Source: Patescibacteria group bacterium UBA5147 (GTDB lineage Bacteria > Patescibacteriota > Saccharimonadia > UBA4664). From it: a DNA stretch of 64,000 nucleotides. The stretch covers positions 248,907-312,906 of the forward strand of contig DHXV01000001.1 of NCBI GenBank assembly GCA_002415345.1, read 5' to 3'. The position numbers and the translations under genes are program-made. Shown here one piece after another: positions 1-8,721 of the stretch. A model generated the notes under the pieces. The model saw only the letters and a list, made by a program, of their open reading frames with translations, searched no databases and was not told the DNA's origin. Position 1 is the first letter of the stretch. Each line of letters opens with the position of its first letter.

Positions 1-527
1 CCGAGAAATATCCCCTCTTTATACAGCGGGGAGGCCCTAATGGGCTGTGCTGCCTCAATTTGCTTAAGATTGAGAAACTGTTCCTGGGTGGCACACGGCT
101 GGGGTCTCGAACCCGCGGCGATGTTTTCCCTGAACTCACTCGATGCCCGCAAATTGCGGGCCATGCAACGCCATAAGCGTCAGCCGAGGGAGCGATCCCC
201 GACACAGTAGTCAACTGGCTTTATTGAGTAGGGTGACTAAACCCGGACCCAACTGATACTGCAGCGCCACGCAAGACGCCGACCGCACCCTCAGTAAGGC
301 ACGATACAAGAATGCCCCTCGGCCGTTTTCCATAAAAGAACTGGAATTCGACTTCGGTATACACCCTGCCAAATCTAATGCACGAGCCGGAAAGGAAACG
401 CCGAAGCGTCCGCTCGATTGGCCCATGCAAAATGTTTGCTACTTATGTAGCCTTAGCTAATCTCCTGGTTAAGAGACCAATTAACGCCACACAAGGTTAC
501 AGATTTCAAAGAATAATAAATATACTA

Positions 528-1490
528 TCATATGATTGTACTTGTGTCAATGATATTGCGGACACTGTCCGGCCCATCTCCAGAGGGCGCCAAATATAGC
601 TTAAGTGTATGCCGGGCGTTAGGCTCCAAATTCAGGCTCTGCATCGCCTCGGCGCCGGTCAGCCATACATGGCCCTGGGCTTCGTCGTCCAACACCACGC
701 GCTTCGATCCTACCTTGACTACATAATCACTAAAAATGTGGTTTACATGCTCCTGGTAGTAACCCGACCCCTTGAATTGATCGAAGGTCACAATATGCCG
801 GCCAACCTTGGCACGGAGCCCCGTCTCTTCCCTAACGCCGCGCACCAAGGCTTCATCGAGCCGCTCGCCCCGTCCGACTTTCTCACCGATCATCGAGTAT
901 CGGCCGCCCCATTTGTGGGTCTTTACGAACAGTAGCTCCGTTTCATTGGCGGCGGCGTATTCGATAATTGCTCCCACTGCCACCGTTGATCCCGGAACTA
1001 CCAAGCGCTGCCATAATCGGTGAATCAAGTACTCGTTCGGATCGATTAGCGGGGCCGGCAATCGATTATATTCACTGATGTAGTCCACTAGTTCACGTGG
1101 CGACCAAATCGAATTCTTCACCATATAGCCAGGATGGTCGATGGGCCGTTCCATGAAGAAGCAGCGGGTATTCGTGAGTTGAGCTATGCCCCACTCAAAC
1201 GACGTGCTGCGGCCGATATAGCCCCTGGGGTCAACGAAATAGCTGAAACCGTTGCCGCCCAACCGTTTCAGGTTATGGAGATACCGTGCCTCAATGTAAC
1301 GCGGGTCCAGATCTTCTTCGCCTTTGAGAACAGCAAAGCCGTCAGTCGAGGCAATAATATCAGTTGCTTCCGGAGCCAGAACCGTAAAGCCGGCGGCTTC
1401 GAAAACCTCGACTGCTTCGAGAATCTGGTCGAAGTGGCGGCGAAAGCTGCCGTGGACCACTATTCGAATATCGGCGGGCCGTAGTGCCAT
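528..1490 (-). CDS. Two-domain protein: uncharacterised N-terminal ~180-aa domain fused to a C-terminal NUDIX hydrolase domain
   Basis: 320-aa ORF. The C-terminal half carries a Nudix box (GGRYSMIGEKVGRGERLDEALVRGVREETGL = G-x5-E-x7-REuxEExGu). The N-terminal domain is not recognised. Antisense ORFs 609..935 and 1134..1484 are judged spurious. Confidence 0.6.
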   Translation of the reverse strand: MALRPADIRIVVHGSFRRHFDQILEAVEVFEAAGFTVLAPEATDIIASTDGFAVLKGEEDLDPRYIEARYLHNLKRLGGNGFSYFVDPRGYIGRSTSFEWGIAQLTNTRCFFMERPIDHPGYMVKNSIWSPRELVDYISEYNRLPAPLIDPNEYLIHRLWQRLVVPGSTVAVGAIIEYAAANETELLFVKTHKWGGRYSMIGEKVGRGERLDEALVRGVREETGLRAKVGRHIVTFDQFKGSGYYQEHVNHIFSDYVVKVGSKRVVLDDEAQGHVWLTGAEAMQSLNLEPNARHTLKLYLAPSGDGPDSVRNIIDTSTII

Positions 1491-2178
1491 AAGCCAAACT
1501 CTGTACTTATTTAAACCATGATATCACGCGGCGTTCCGTCACTTGACCCTACATACTTTTTTACAACACTTTGCCTCGGTATTTTTTTGAAAATATCCGG
1601 TGATTAACTAGACATTTCTGTAGTTTCGTATCAGGCATCGAACCGGCATAGTGAGTAAACTTTGTCTTACGTTCATCGAAATTTTGATGTTACGGAACAA
1701 CTTCCGGACAGTCCATGCAGTGGTAGCCTTCGCGGTGGCCATATGCGGAAGATTCGTTCGGTGGGCTGGTGTTTCGCGCAAGCGACACGCCAGTGGCCAG
1801 CTGCTTCTCACAGCTGCCAATGGATGGAGAAGGCTGTGGCGCAAGCTATCGTCTAATCCAACCTCCACTCTCCGGGTTACCTGGTTCTGCGGAATCACGG
1901 TCCAAAAACGATAGTGGGCAACCACGTGCGGGTAACCGCGTCTAGGAGAGGATCTTCGGTCGGTAATGGTAACGAATCGCTTCGGCGAGGAATGCTTCCG
2001 GGTAAAATGGGGCCAAAAGCTTCAGAGAAGCCAGAGGAAACTGGTGGTTGGGCGACCGACCTACAAATGACATGTGGAGATGACGAATCCGAAGTTCGCC
2101 GTCTCCACCACCCCCAACTTTCGTTGGGACACAGGTCTACCTTAACGGGTGGGCCTTTTTCCATTTTAGCTTTTCTTT

Positions 2179-2775
2179 ATGCTTATGCTTTGTCATACTG
2201 GATGTAGAGCGACAGCCGCTTGCACCTTGGCCCTTAAGGAGCCGGATATGACATTGATCAGTCTGGCCGTCAGGCCATCGGACGACCCGAACCCGCAGCC
2301 TCACACCGACAATGGCGAAGACGTGTTCATGGCGTTCCTGTGCGGCCTTGGATACCGGTTCGAAATTGAGCCGGATACGCTCGAAATCGAGCCGACCCGA
2401 CTTGGACGTACAGCCGCGGGAATAACGCCGGACATCAAGCTCTGCGCCCTGCAGGACGGACGGACGGTGGACGGGCTCTACCTGGAGCTGACCGAGGCCG
2501 ACCGTTATCTGGCCGAGGCACAGCTACCAGTTGGCGTGGGCCGAAAGAACCGCCGTCAAAGTGCCAGCCGCCGCGCCTACATTTCCCCGCAGGAGTATCT
2601 GCAGCGCAAACAGCTCAAAATCGATGCCGCCATCAGGCATCACGACGTCGATATCATCCTGTTGGACTCGGTGGCGCAAGCCCAGCTCATGGCCGACCCC
2701 GCCAAAATCGCTGCTTTACTTGCCCCTTACCTTCCCGCCGCCATCCGCCGTTCTACCAACCATGCCGCCTTATAG
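2179..2775 (+). CDS. Hypothetical protein (start uncertain, possibly Met at ~2248)
   Basis: 198-aa ORF with coding-like GC3 bias. No recognisable motif. Confidence 0.3.
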   Translation: MLMLCHTGCRATAACTLALKEPDMTLISLAVRPSDDPNPQPHTDNGEDVFMAFLCGLGYRFEIEPDTLEIEPTRLGRTAAGITPDIKLCALQDGRTVDGLYLELTEADRYLAEAQLPVGVGRKNRRQSASRRAYISPQEYLQRKQLKIDAAIRHHDVDIILLDSVAQAQLMADPAKIAALLAPYLPAAIRRSTNHAAL

Positions 2776-2843
2776 GCGGCATTTACTTTACGGCAGTGAA
2801 CACAATATATTTATCAACCGAGCTGAATTCCAAGGTTGAGGCC

Positions 2844-2872
2844 TTGACTAAACATAAGTTTAATGCTATATT
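2844..2872 (+). promoter_or_regulatory. Sigma-70-like promoter (TTGACT-N17-TATATT) upstream of a 54-aa sORF
   Basis: Near-consensus -35 and -10 hexamers with 17-nt spacing. It lies ~60 nt upstream of an ATG that has an AGGGG RBS. Confidence 0.4.
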
Positions 2873-2931
2873 AGCATAATCCGTTTGGATAACTCTTGTG
2901 CTAATGCACACATACCTTAGGGGCAAATCTT

Positions 2932-3096
2932 ATGCGCACCAAGAGCTTCAATGAGATCACCAACGGCACCCAGTTCCGGCTTGTCAAAGACACCAACGCA
3001 TCCATCTACACCAAACAGGGCAAAAATGGCCTGCTCAATGGTCCCGAAGGTGGCCAGATCAAGATCGCCGGCTCCACCACGGTCCACACGCTTTAA
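2932..3096 (+). CDS. Small ORF (54 aa, MRTKSFNEITNGTQFRLVKDTNASIYTKQGKNGLLNGPEGGQIKIAGSTTVHTL), hypothetical
   Basis: Own promoter, an RBS (AGGGGcaaatcttATG) and a downstream GC-rich hairpin plus U-tract (3126..3163). It is absent from the >=60-aa track. It competes with the antisense track ORF 2917..3186. Confidence 0.4.
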   Translation: MRTKSFNEITNGTQFRLVKDTNASIYTKQGKNGLLNGPEGGQIKIAGSTTVHTL

Positions 3097-3125
3097 CCAC
3101 CCCCACCACGTCGCACAAACGACGT

Positions 3126-3163
3126 AAGGCCCCACTGCTTGCAGCGGGGCCTTACTCTTGTTC
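3126..3163 (+). terminator. Rho-independent terminator-like hairpin (AAGGCCCC...GGGGCCTT followed by ACTCTTGTTC)
   Basis: 8-bp GC-rich stem with a U-rich tail directly after the sORF stop. Confidence 0.4.
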
Positions 3164-3196
3164 TGACACTTGCTACCAGGTAACACCTTTTACGTC

Positions 3197-3463
3197 TTAA
3201 AAGGTGGCCAGGTCCTGATCCAATGAATTGGCGTCATTGCTATTGTCATCGATAGCAGCAGCGTCCAGGCTCTGCTCGGCGGTCACGAGGTCGGCCTTGG
3301 AGGTGATCTGTGGTGCCGGTGCGACGGTGGCCTGGGCAGCCGTTTCGGAGGCTACGTTATCGTGGTTCTTAACGGCCATCACAATGACGAACCCAAACAC
3401 CGCGACAAAGGCTACCACCAGCGTCAGTTCGATAAAGGAAAAACCGGATTGGCGTGATTTCAT
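3197..3463 (-). CDS. Type IV pilin / pseudopilin-like protein (prepilin N-terminal cleavage-methylation motif)
   Basis: N-terminus KSRQSGFSFIELTLVVAFVAV matches the class III signal (G|FxxxE followed by a hydrophobic helix). 88 aa. Confidence 0.65.
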   Translation of the reverse strand: MKSRQSGFSFIELTLVVAFVAVFGFVIVMAVKNHDNVASETAAQATVAPAPQITSKADLVTAEQSLDAAAIDDNSNDANSLDQDLATF

Positions 3464-4089
3464 TATTTATCTCCTTCAGCGGACTGAACTGATTTTACGG
3501 CCACGATCAAATTCTTAACCGCGGTCTTGTAAGCCTTAAGGTCGGCTACTACCAGCTTGGTCTTGGTTTTAAAAGCTTCGACTGAGCCCTTGGGGTCGGC
3601 ACTGTCGCAAGTAAAGGCTCCGGTAGCCTTGAGGGCGGCAATATTGGTTTCGGCCTTAAGTTTGGCCGTAGCGGCAGCGGCTACCAGGATGTCATATCCG
3701 GCGACGGTCTTGCCCTTGGAGAGGTAAAACGCCTGGGTGCGGTCGGAAATCTTGGTGAAAACGGCTAGCTGGGCCGTTGCTCGCTCGGTAATGCGGTTCA
3801 TCACCTGGTTAACGTGCTTGGTCTTCTTGACGCAGACGTTGAGATTGGTTTTGGTGAGTCGCTTGGACTCGGACGGCTCGGGACTGGATGATGCATGCTC
3901 GATCTCAGTCTTATTTTCCACTTCCGCGGTGCGGACGCTAGGACGTGCCGTAGTCGATGGTTGTGGCGAGGACGAGACTTCAACTTCGTTGTTCGACCCG
4001 TTTTGAGCCAGCACAACTCCGGTCATACCCGACAATGACAACACCGTCACCGCTCCGAGCACGCTTAGTTTATGAGTAATTCTAACCAT
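3463..4089 (-). CDS. Secreted hypothetical protein (signal peptide, Ala/Lys-rich)
   Basis: N-terminal signal peptide (LSVLGAVTVLSLSGMTGVVLA). 1-nt overlap with the downstream pilin gene. Confidence 0.45.
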   Translation of the reverse strand: MVRITHKLSVLGAVTVLSLSGMTGVVLAQNGSNNEVEVSSSPQPSTTARPSVRTAEVENKTEIEHASSSPEPSESKRLTKTNLNVCVKKTKHVNQVMNRITERATAQLAVFTKISDRTQAFYLSKGKTVAGYDILVAAAATAKLKAETNIAALKATGAFTCDSADPKGSVEAFKTKTKLVVADLKAYKTAVKNLIVAVKSVQSAEGDK

Positions 4090-4130
4090 ACGTTTGATAA
4101 ACCTGTTTACTTAAAAAAAGCTTAACCTTT

Positions 4131-4586
4131 TTACGTTTTGTCTGCAATTTTGAAACGACATGCGGAGCAGAGGCCGGTAAGTTCAACCTGATGGTTCGCA
4201 AGCAAATAACCCTGATCCATTGCCAGCTTCACCAACACCTGTTCCAAGCCCTTGTCTTCAAATACCGCCGACCGGCCGCAGTCAGTGCAGGTCAGATGGT
4301 GATGGTGGGGATCAAATCTGTCGCCAAGCTCCACCATCGGGCGCCAGCCGGCCGCGACATCACGGATAAACCCCAGCTTTCGGAATAGTCCGACGGTCCG
4401 GTAGACGCTGGCACGGTCCATCTGAGATTCCAGCAGGCCGGCGAGAGTACTGACCGCAACCGGTCCGTCCGCCCGGTGCAAGGCCTCGAACACCTGCAGG
4501 CGCGGCCGGGTCACGCTCTGGCCGGCGTCTTTGAGGGCCTTGGTAATTGATGAAGTCATAGCAAAATCATAGTGTTTTTGCGACAA
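4131..4586 (-). CDS. zur: Fur-family metalloregulator, probably Zur (likely true start at ATG 4559)
   Basis: HHHHLTCTDCG...CSAC metal-site motifs typical of the Fur family. Divergent from a ZIP zinc importer. The track start is TTG; an in-frame ATG lies at 4557-4559. Confidence 0.75.
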   Translation of the reverse strand: MSQKHYDFAMTSSITKALKDAGQSVTRPRLQVFEALHRADGPVAVSTLAGLLESQMDRASVYRTVGLFRKLGFIRDVAAGWRPMVELGDRFDPHHHHLTCTDCGRSAVFEDKGLEQVLVKLAMDQGYLLANHQVELTGLCSACRFKIADKT

Positions 4587-4588
4587 GT

Positions 4589-4607
4589 TTGCAAATAGTT
4601 CTTCAGT
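4589..4607. promoter_or_regulatory. Candidate Zur/Fur operator (imperfect palindrome TTTGCGACAAGTTTGCAAA) in the zur-zupT divergent region
   Basis: TTTGC...GCAAA inverted repeat between the divergent regulator and transporter starts. Only the outer 5 nt are complementary. Confidence 0.25.
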
Positions 4608-4624
4608 TTGGTAGGGTTATCCTA

Positions 4625-5359
4625 ATGTTACCTACTATTTTTGCGCTGACCACATTCTTTTCAACCGCACTCGGCGGGTTTTTTGCTCTAAAATACCGGG
4701 ACCATCTGCATCGTATATTGGGCTTTACCGCCGGCGTACTGCTGGGCGTCATAGCCTTCGATTTGCTTCCGGAGATATTCGCGCTGCTGAATTCGACAAA
4801 ATCCGACCCCGTCGTGCCTATGATCGCCCTGGTCATCGGGTTTTTGACATTCCATATCGTCGAAAAACTCACCCTCATCCACAGCGCTCATGAGGGCGAG
4901 TATGAACACGGCCATAAGCATCCGCGAGTCGGCTTCTTTTCGGCGCTGGCCTTATCGGCGCACTCGTTCTTTGACGGAATTGGGATCGGCTTGGCTTTCC
5001 AGGTCAACGTCCAGGTGGGACTGGCGGTCGCCATTGCCGTGATCGCCCATGACTTTTCGGACGGCCTCAACACCGTCAGCCTCATGTTGAGCCACAAGAA
5101 TTCCGTCCGCAAAACTTTGTGGGTTCTGGCCTTGGACGCCCTCGCACCAGTTGCCGGTGCCGCCTCCACTTTACTGTTTAGGCTCAATGGCACCCAGTTG
5201 TTGGTTTACCTGGGATTCTTCGCGGGATTTCTGCTCTACATCGGTGCGTCCGACATCCTGCCGGAAGCCCACTCCAAACACCCCTCCCGGATTACTTTGC
5301 TCCTGACGATTCTTGGGGTAGCTATTATCTTCGGCATTTCCCGCGTTTCAATCGGTTAA
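4625..5359 (+). CDS. zupT: ZIP-family zinc transporter (ZupT-like)
   Basis: Multi-TM protein with His-rich loops and ZIP signatures (HSFFDGIGIG, HDFSDG). ATG 4625 has a GGTAGGG RBS. The track start 4589 is TTG. Confidence 0.75.
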   Translation: MLPTIFALTTFFSTALGGFFALKYRDHLHRILGFTAGVLLGVIAFDLLPEIFALLNSTKSDPVVPMIALVIGFLTFHIVEKLTLIHSAHEGEYEHGHKHPRVGFFSALALSAHSFFDGIGIGLAFQVNVQVGLAVAIAVIAHDFSDGLNTVSLMLSHKNSVRKTLWVLALDALAPVAGAASTLLFRLNGTQLLVYLGFFAGFLLYIGASDILPEAHSKHPSRITLLLTILGVAIIFGISRVSIG

Positions 5360-5439
5360 TTCCGCTAGGCTTTGCCCCCTGCCCTATCTCATTTATAATG
5401 ACATCGCATCACTCCCTACTCTGATTGTGGTGAGAACCT

Positions 5440-6060
5440 ATGTTATCCCGAGACCGTCTCCAGCTATGGGGCCCGGTCATTGGGGCCGGATTGTCATTTA
5501 TTATACTGGGTGCCCTACTGACAGGCAGCGCCCGTGCCTTCTCGTCATCGGCTTTGGCCGGCCTGGGTTATGAGCTGCTGTTCGATGGCAGCTACTACCT
5601 GGTGGGAGGTCTGCTGAGCCACCTGTTCGCCCGTTCCGACACGCACTTTTGGAGCTGTTGGACTCGCGAAACCCTTGAACTTGTGGCTCTCTTGGCAGGA
5701 ACCTTCTTCTTTGCACTTGGCGCATTCCTGCAACCAAGCTCGGAAACCAGCTTGGCACAAATGGTGGCGGGGCTCGTTTTTGCACCTATCGCCATTCCGC
5801 TCAATTGGTATTGGCACCGTCGGCTGGAGCCGCCGACTGGCGGGCATCACCATACCGGCTTTGACACCCACATGAAGATTGATGCTGCAACGGCCGCACT
5901 GGTTGCCGCCTCCGGCGTGGTGGCCTTTGCCACGCACAACCCGATATGGAATTCGTTTTTTGCTGGCATAGTAGTCGGAATCGCTATCAGCTTGAGCATC
6001 AAGCCAGCTTTCCACATCATGAGCCGCATGTCCCATCGGGCGCACAACCACAACAACTAG
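5440..6060 (+). CDS. Histidine-rich integral membrane protein, hypothetical (possible metal-handling role)
   Basis: 206 aa with 5-6 predicted TM helices. GGHHHTG and HRAHNHNN His clusters. Located next to zur/zupT. Confidence 0.4.
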   Translation: MLSRDRLQLWGPVIGAGLSFIILGALLTGSARAFSSSALAGLGYELLFDGSYYLVGGLLSHLFARSDTHFWSCWTRETLELVALLAGTFFFALGAFLQPSSETSLAQMVAGLVFAPIAIPLNWYWHRRLEPPTGGHHHTGFDTHMKIDAATAALVAASGVVAFATHNPIWNSFFAGIVVGIAISLSIKPAFHIMSRMSHRAHNHNN

Positions 6061-6143
6061 GTATAAACCCGACCATATCCACCCATGGGTGACCCGCATA
6101 GGGCCACCCGTTTTTCTATCTAGACGAAGTAAAAGCCTAGCGT

Positions 6144-6316
6144 TATAATCTGGGCATAAGTTAATAAAAGGAGGTGATCATTGCAAAGTCCTAGATCTAA
6201 CGGGCAGGCAACGAACAAGTAAACGCGGGAGGTACGCGTCCTTTAACCCCTTTCCTGAACAGCCTGCCTAAGTAGGCCGAATACCTTAGCCGCTCCCCTC
6301 GGGAGCGGCTTTCGAG
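6144..6316 (+). ncRNA. Candidate short transcription unit: -10 TATAAT (6144-6149), RBS GGAGGTG plus a 13-codon ORF (TTG 6181..6222), internal hairpin, intrinsic terminator hairpin GCCGCTCCC-CTC-GGGAGCGGC plus TTTCGAG (6289-6316)
   Basis: All elements are seen directly in the sequence. No family assignment is possible. Confidence 0.25.
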
Positions 6317-6376
6317 TATTATGGCCGTTGGCGTTTATGCTATACGATGTTATAGCACTAACCTACTCGATGCGGA

Positions 6377-6928
6377 TTGGATGTGGTTACCGTGAGTACG
6401 CCCATAGGCATTATTGCTTTTGCATATGGTCAACGAAAAATTGAGCCCGGCCCATCCAATCAAAAGTTGGCCGATTGGGTCAAGCGGATCAGGGCCGAGC
6501 TCGAGAGCCAAGGCCATGAGGTGTTTGTCGGGGCACAGTGGCAGATTGCCATGCAGCTCGACTATTACGACTGGTGCGTACGGCCGGACTTACTCAGCTA
6601 TCAGGGGTCGGTTGATGTCGTATCCGAATGCAAAGACAAGCTTTTCGGCCCGAGAGGCTGCACCACTGTGATACCCGTGGTGCAGCCGTTTCTGCAATCC
6701 TTCGCCGTTTATCGCCACCTGAAGCGGGATGGATTCAACGTCGACAGACGCAAGATTCGTGGGATTTACCACGACCTCGAGTCATTGCAACCACATACGC
6801 AAAGCGCCTGCGAGTTGGCCTGGTACGCTGCCCGCCAGATGCTCACCGGCCATGAAGGCAACCTCGTCGTCACGGACCAGATGCGCCGATTGGTGGAGCT
6901 AGGGCAGCCGCCACGGACCAGACCGTAA
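6377..6928 (+). CDS. Hypothetical protein
   Basis: 183-aa ORF (TTG start) followed by a strong bidirectional terminator hairpin at 6943-6975. Confidence 0.4.
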   Translation: MDVVTVSTPIGIIAFAYGQRKIEPGPSNQKLADWVKRIRAELESQGHEVFVGAQWQIAMQLDYYDWCVRPDLLSYQGSVDVVSECKDKLFGPRGCTTVIPVVQPFLQSFAVYRHLKRDGFNVDRRKIRGIYHDLESLQPHTQSACELAWYAARQMLTGHEGNLVVTDQMRRLVELGQPPRTRP

Positions 6929-6942
6929 AGCGCTCACATAAG

Positions 6943-6975
6943 AGGCGGCCTCCCATTGGGAGGCCGCCTCAAAGC
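6943..6975. terminator. Bidirectional intrinsic terminator (GAGGCGGCCTCCC-ATT-GGGAGGCCGCCTC)
   Basis: 13-bp perfect GC-rich stem with T/A-rich runs on both sides, between convergent genes. Confidence 0.6.
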
Positions 6976-6990
6976 TTTTATATGACTCGG

Positions 6991-7629
6991 CTACTGCTTG
7001 AGCGCAGCATCTACCGCATCCCGAAGAGTATTGTAGTCGTGAGCAGTCATTATCTTGCCATCAACATAAATCGTTGGTGTCGAGTTTACCTGCAAGGCTG
7101 TTCCATCCGCCGCGTCCTTATCGATTTTGACTTTGTAAGTCTGGTTCTTAATAGCATCCTTAATCTTGGCACCGTCCAGCCCCATCGCCGTAGCGTACTG
7201 GGCGAACGTGTCTGATGGATCCGCCAAGTTGCTCCACTCAAGTTGGGTCTCATACAGCTTGTCGTGCATTTCCCAATATTTCCCCTGTGCCCCGGCGGCT
7301 TCGGCGGCTTCGGCACTACTGGTCGAGTTTTTGTGTTGAGTCAGCGGGAAGTTGCGAAACACGAACGTTACCTTGCCGTCATAGGCTCCGAGCAGCTGCT
7401 TCAGTACCGGGTAGACGGTACCGCAGGCTGGACACTGATAGTCGCCGAACTCAACGACTTGTACCTTACCGGTTCCGGTCTTGTTACTATCGCTGCGGAC
7501 CAGCACGGACGCGTCGGCCTTGGTGGTATCAGCTGAATTAGTGCCGCCGTTGGCCATGACGAACAAACCGATCATTCCGGCCACTACCAGCAATAATATG
7601 CCGGTCAGGACTTTAGCTTCTTTCGACAT
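6991..7629 (-). CDS. Membrane-anchored DsbA-like thiol:disulfide oxidoreductase (BdbD-like)
   Basis: Thioredoxin-fold CxxC active site (GDYQCPACG). N-terminal TM anchor. Overlaps the downstream DsbB-like gene. Confidence 0.75.
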   Translation of the reverse strand: MSKEAKVLTGILLLVVAGMIGLFVMANGGTNSADTTKADASVLVRSDSNKTGTGKVQVVEFGDYQCPACGTVYPVLKQLLGAYDGKVTFVFRNFPLTQHKNSTSSAEAAEAAGAQGKYWEMHDKLYETQLEWSNLADPSDTFAQYATAMGLDGAKIKDAIKNQTYKVKIDKDAADGTALQVNSTPTIYVDGKIMTAHDYNTLRDAVDAALKQ

Positions 7630-8074
7630 TCTTGTGTTCCTTCCAGTAAAAATATAGACAAACCGTAATGGCGACGAACGAGAGGAAACCCAAAAACGGA
7701 ATTGTAATGAATCCTAACAGATTTAGCTGCTTTGTGGCACAGCTTATGCCGCTGCGGCAGGGAGCGATGGCTTCGGGGATGATTCCCCACTGCAAAAACG
7801 AGTGGTATAGCGATAGCACCACGCCGCCAATGCTTAGCGGCATCGCATAGAGCGCCCAGTTATGATCCTTGCGTAATATTCCGACCGCTCCGATGGCGAC
7901 TATAGGATACATAAGGATGCGCGAGTACCAACACAACGTGCATGGTACCCAGCCCACAACGTCAGATAGGTACAGGCTGCCGAGCATGCCGACAAGAGCT
8001 ACCGTCCAGGCACCGTAATTGCCGTAACGTCCCAGCAGTTGGATCTTTTTTCTGATTACATCCATAATGGTCAT
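7613..8074 (-). CDS. Disulfide bond formation protein B (DsbB/BdbC family)
   Basis: 4-TM protein with a VPCTLCWYSRI motif and a second Cys pair (CRSGISC), typical of BdbC. Confidence 0.7.
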   Translation of the reverse strand: MTIMDVIRKKIQLLGRYGNYGAWTVALVGMLGSLYLSDVVGWVPCTLCWYSRILMYPIVAIGAVGILRKDHNWALYAMPLSIGGVVLSLYHSFLQWGIIPEAIAPCRSGISCATKQLNLLGFITIPFLGFLSFVAITVCLYFYWKEHKNVERS

Positions 8075-8211
8075 GCTAACCGAACCTCCTGTGAATTAAC
8101 TGAACAATTTAGCACTGTCCTACTCATCTTAGCAGGCTAGAGGTTAATTGACTCGCCCGACCATGCTATACTATCGCCACCGACTACTCCGCGAGACCGG
8201 AAGGCATCCCT

Positions 8212-8697
8212 ATGGACCCCCAAGACGCGCCGGAGCACATTGACTGGCCGCAAAAGTTCGTCGAGTTGGATGACGCCATGACCGAAGCTGATGTCATCGA
8301 ACAGGACCTTGTTGCCGCTAAGCGCAAGGAACAAGACGCCAAGACCATCTTTAAGGCGGCCATGATCGTGGTTAGAGATATCGATGACCAAAAAACCACC
8401 AACCGCAATCGAGTTGGCTATGTCATGGGGCGGCACTTGAATGACCACCCCGTACGCATCATCCACGGAACCGCGGTGGCCAAGGATAAGCACCCGGATA
8501 GCAGCATGCATGATTTTGCGAGGGACGACACCGTTCTAGACGGCGAGGACGCCACAGTCTTTAGCGGTGGCAATCTCCGTACTCAGCAAAGTCTCGGACG
8601 TCGCGGCTTCGGACTCACCGTTAGGGTTGGCAAGCAGCTCTACATCATCGTGCCGACCGAGTGTGAACTTGAAATCGGCGAAATCCCCCCGGCGTAA
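8212..8697 (+). CDS. Hypothetical protein
   Basis: 161-aa ORF, acidic N-terminus, no motif recognised. Confidence 0.35.
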   Translation: MDPQDAPEHIDWPQKFVELDDAMTEADVIEQDLVAAKRKEQDAKTIFKAAMIVVRDIDDQKTTNRNRVGYVMGRHLNDHPVRIIHGTAVAKDKHPDSSMHDFARDDTVLDGEDATVFSGGNLRTQQSLGRRGFGLTVRVGKQLYIIVPTECELEIGEIPPA

Positions 8698-8721
8698 GTA
8701 CCCTGCAGTACTTACGCTCTT

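Noticed and set aside
1-527. tmRNA, RNase P RNA or SRP RNA in the first 500 bp
   Set aside because: By-eye checks for hallmark motifs gave only weak partial matches. These were GGGG...UUCGAC 5' end plus ALAA-stop tag frame, GGAAAGUCCGGGC / ACAGAACCCGGCUUA, and GGAAGCAGCC. Left as an unassigned structured region.
2917-3186. 89-aa minus-strand track ORF
   Set aside because: No RBS, and it overlaps a plus-strand sORF that has its own promoter, RBS and terminator. Neither can be proven, so the plus-strand sORF is reported at low confidence instead.
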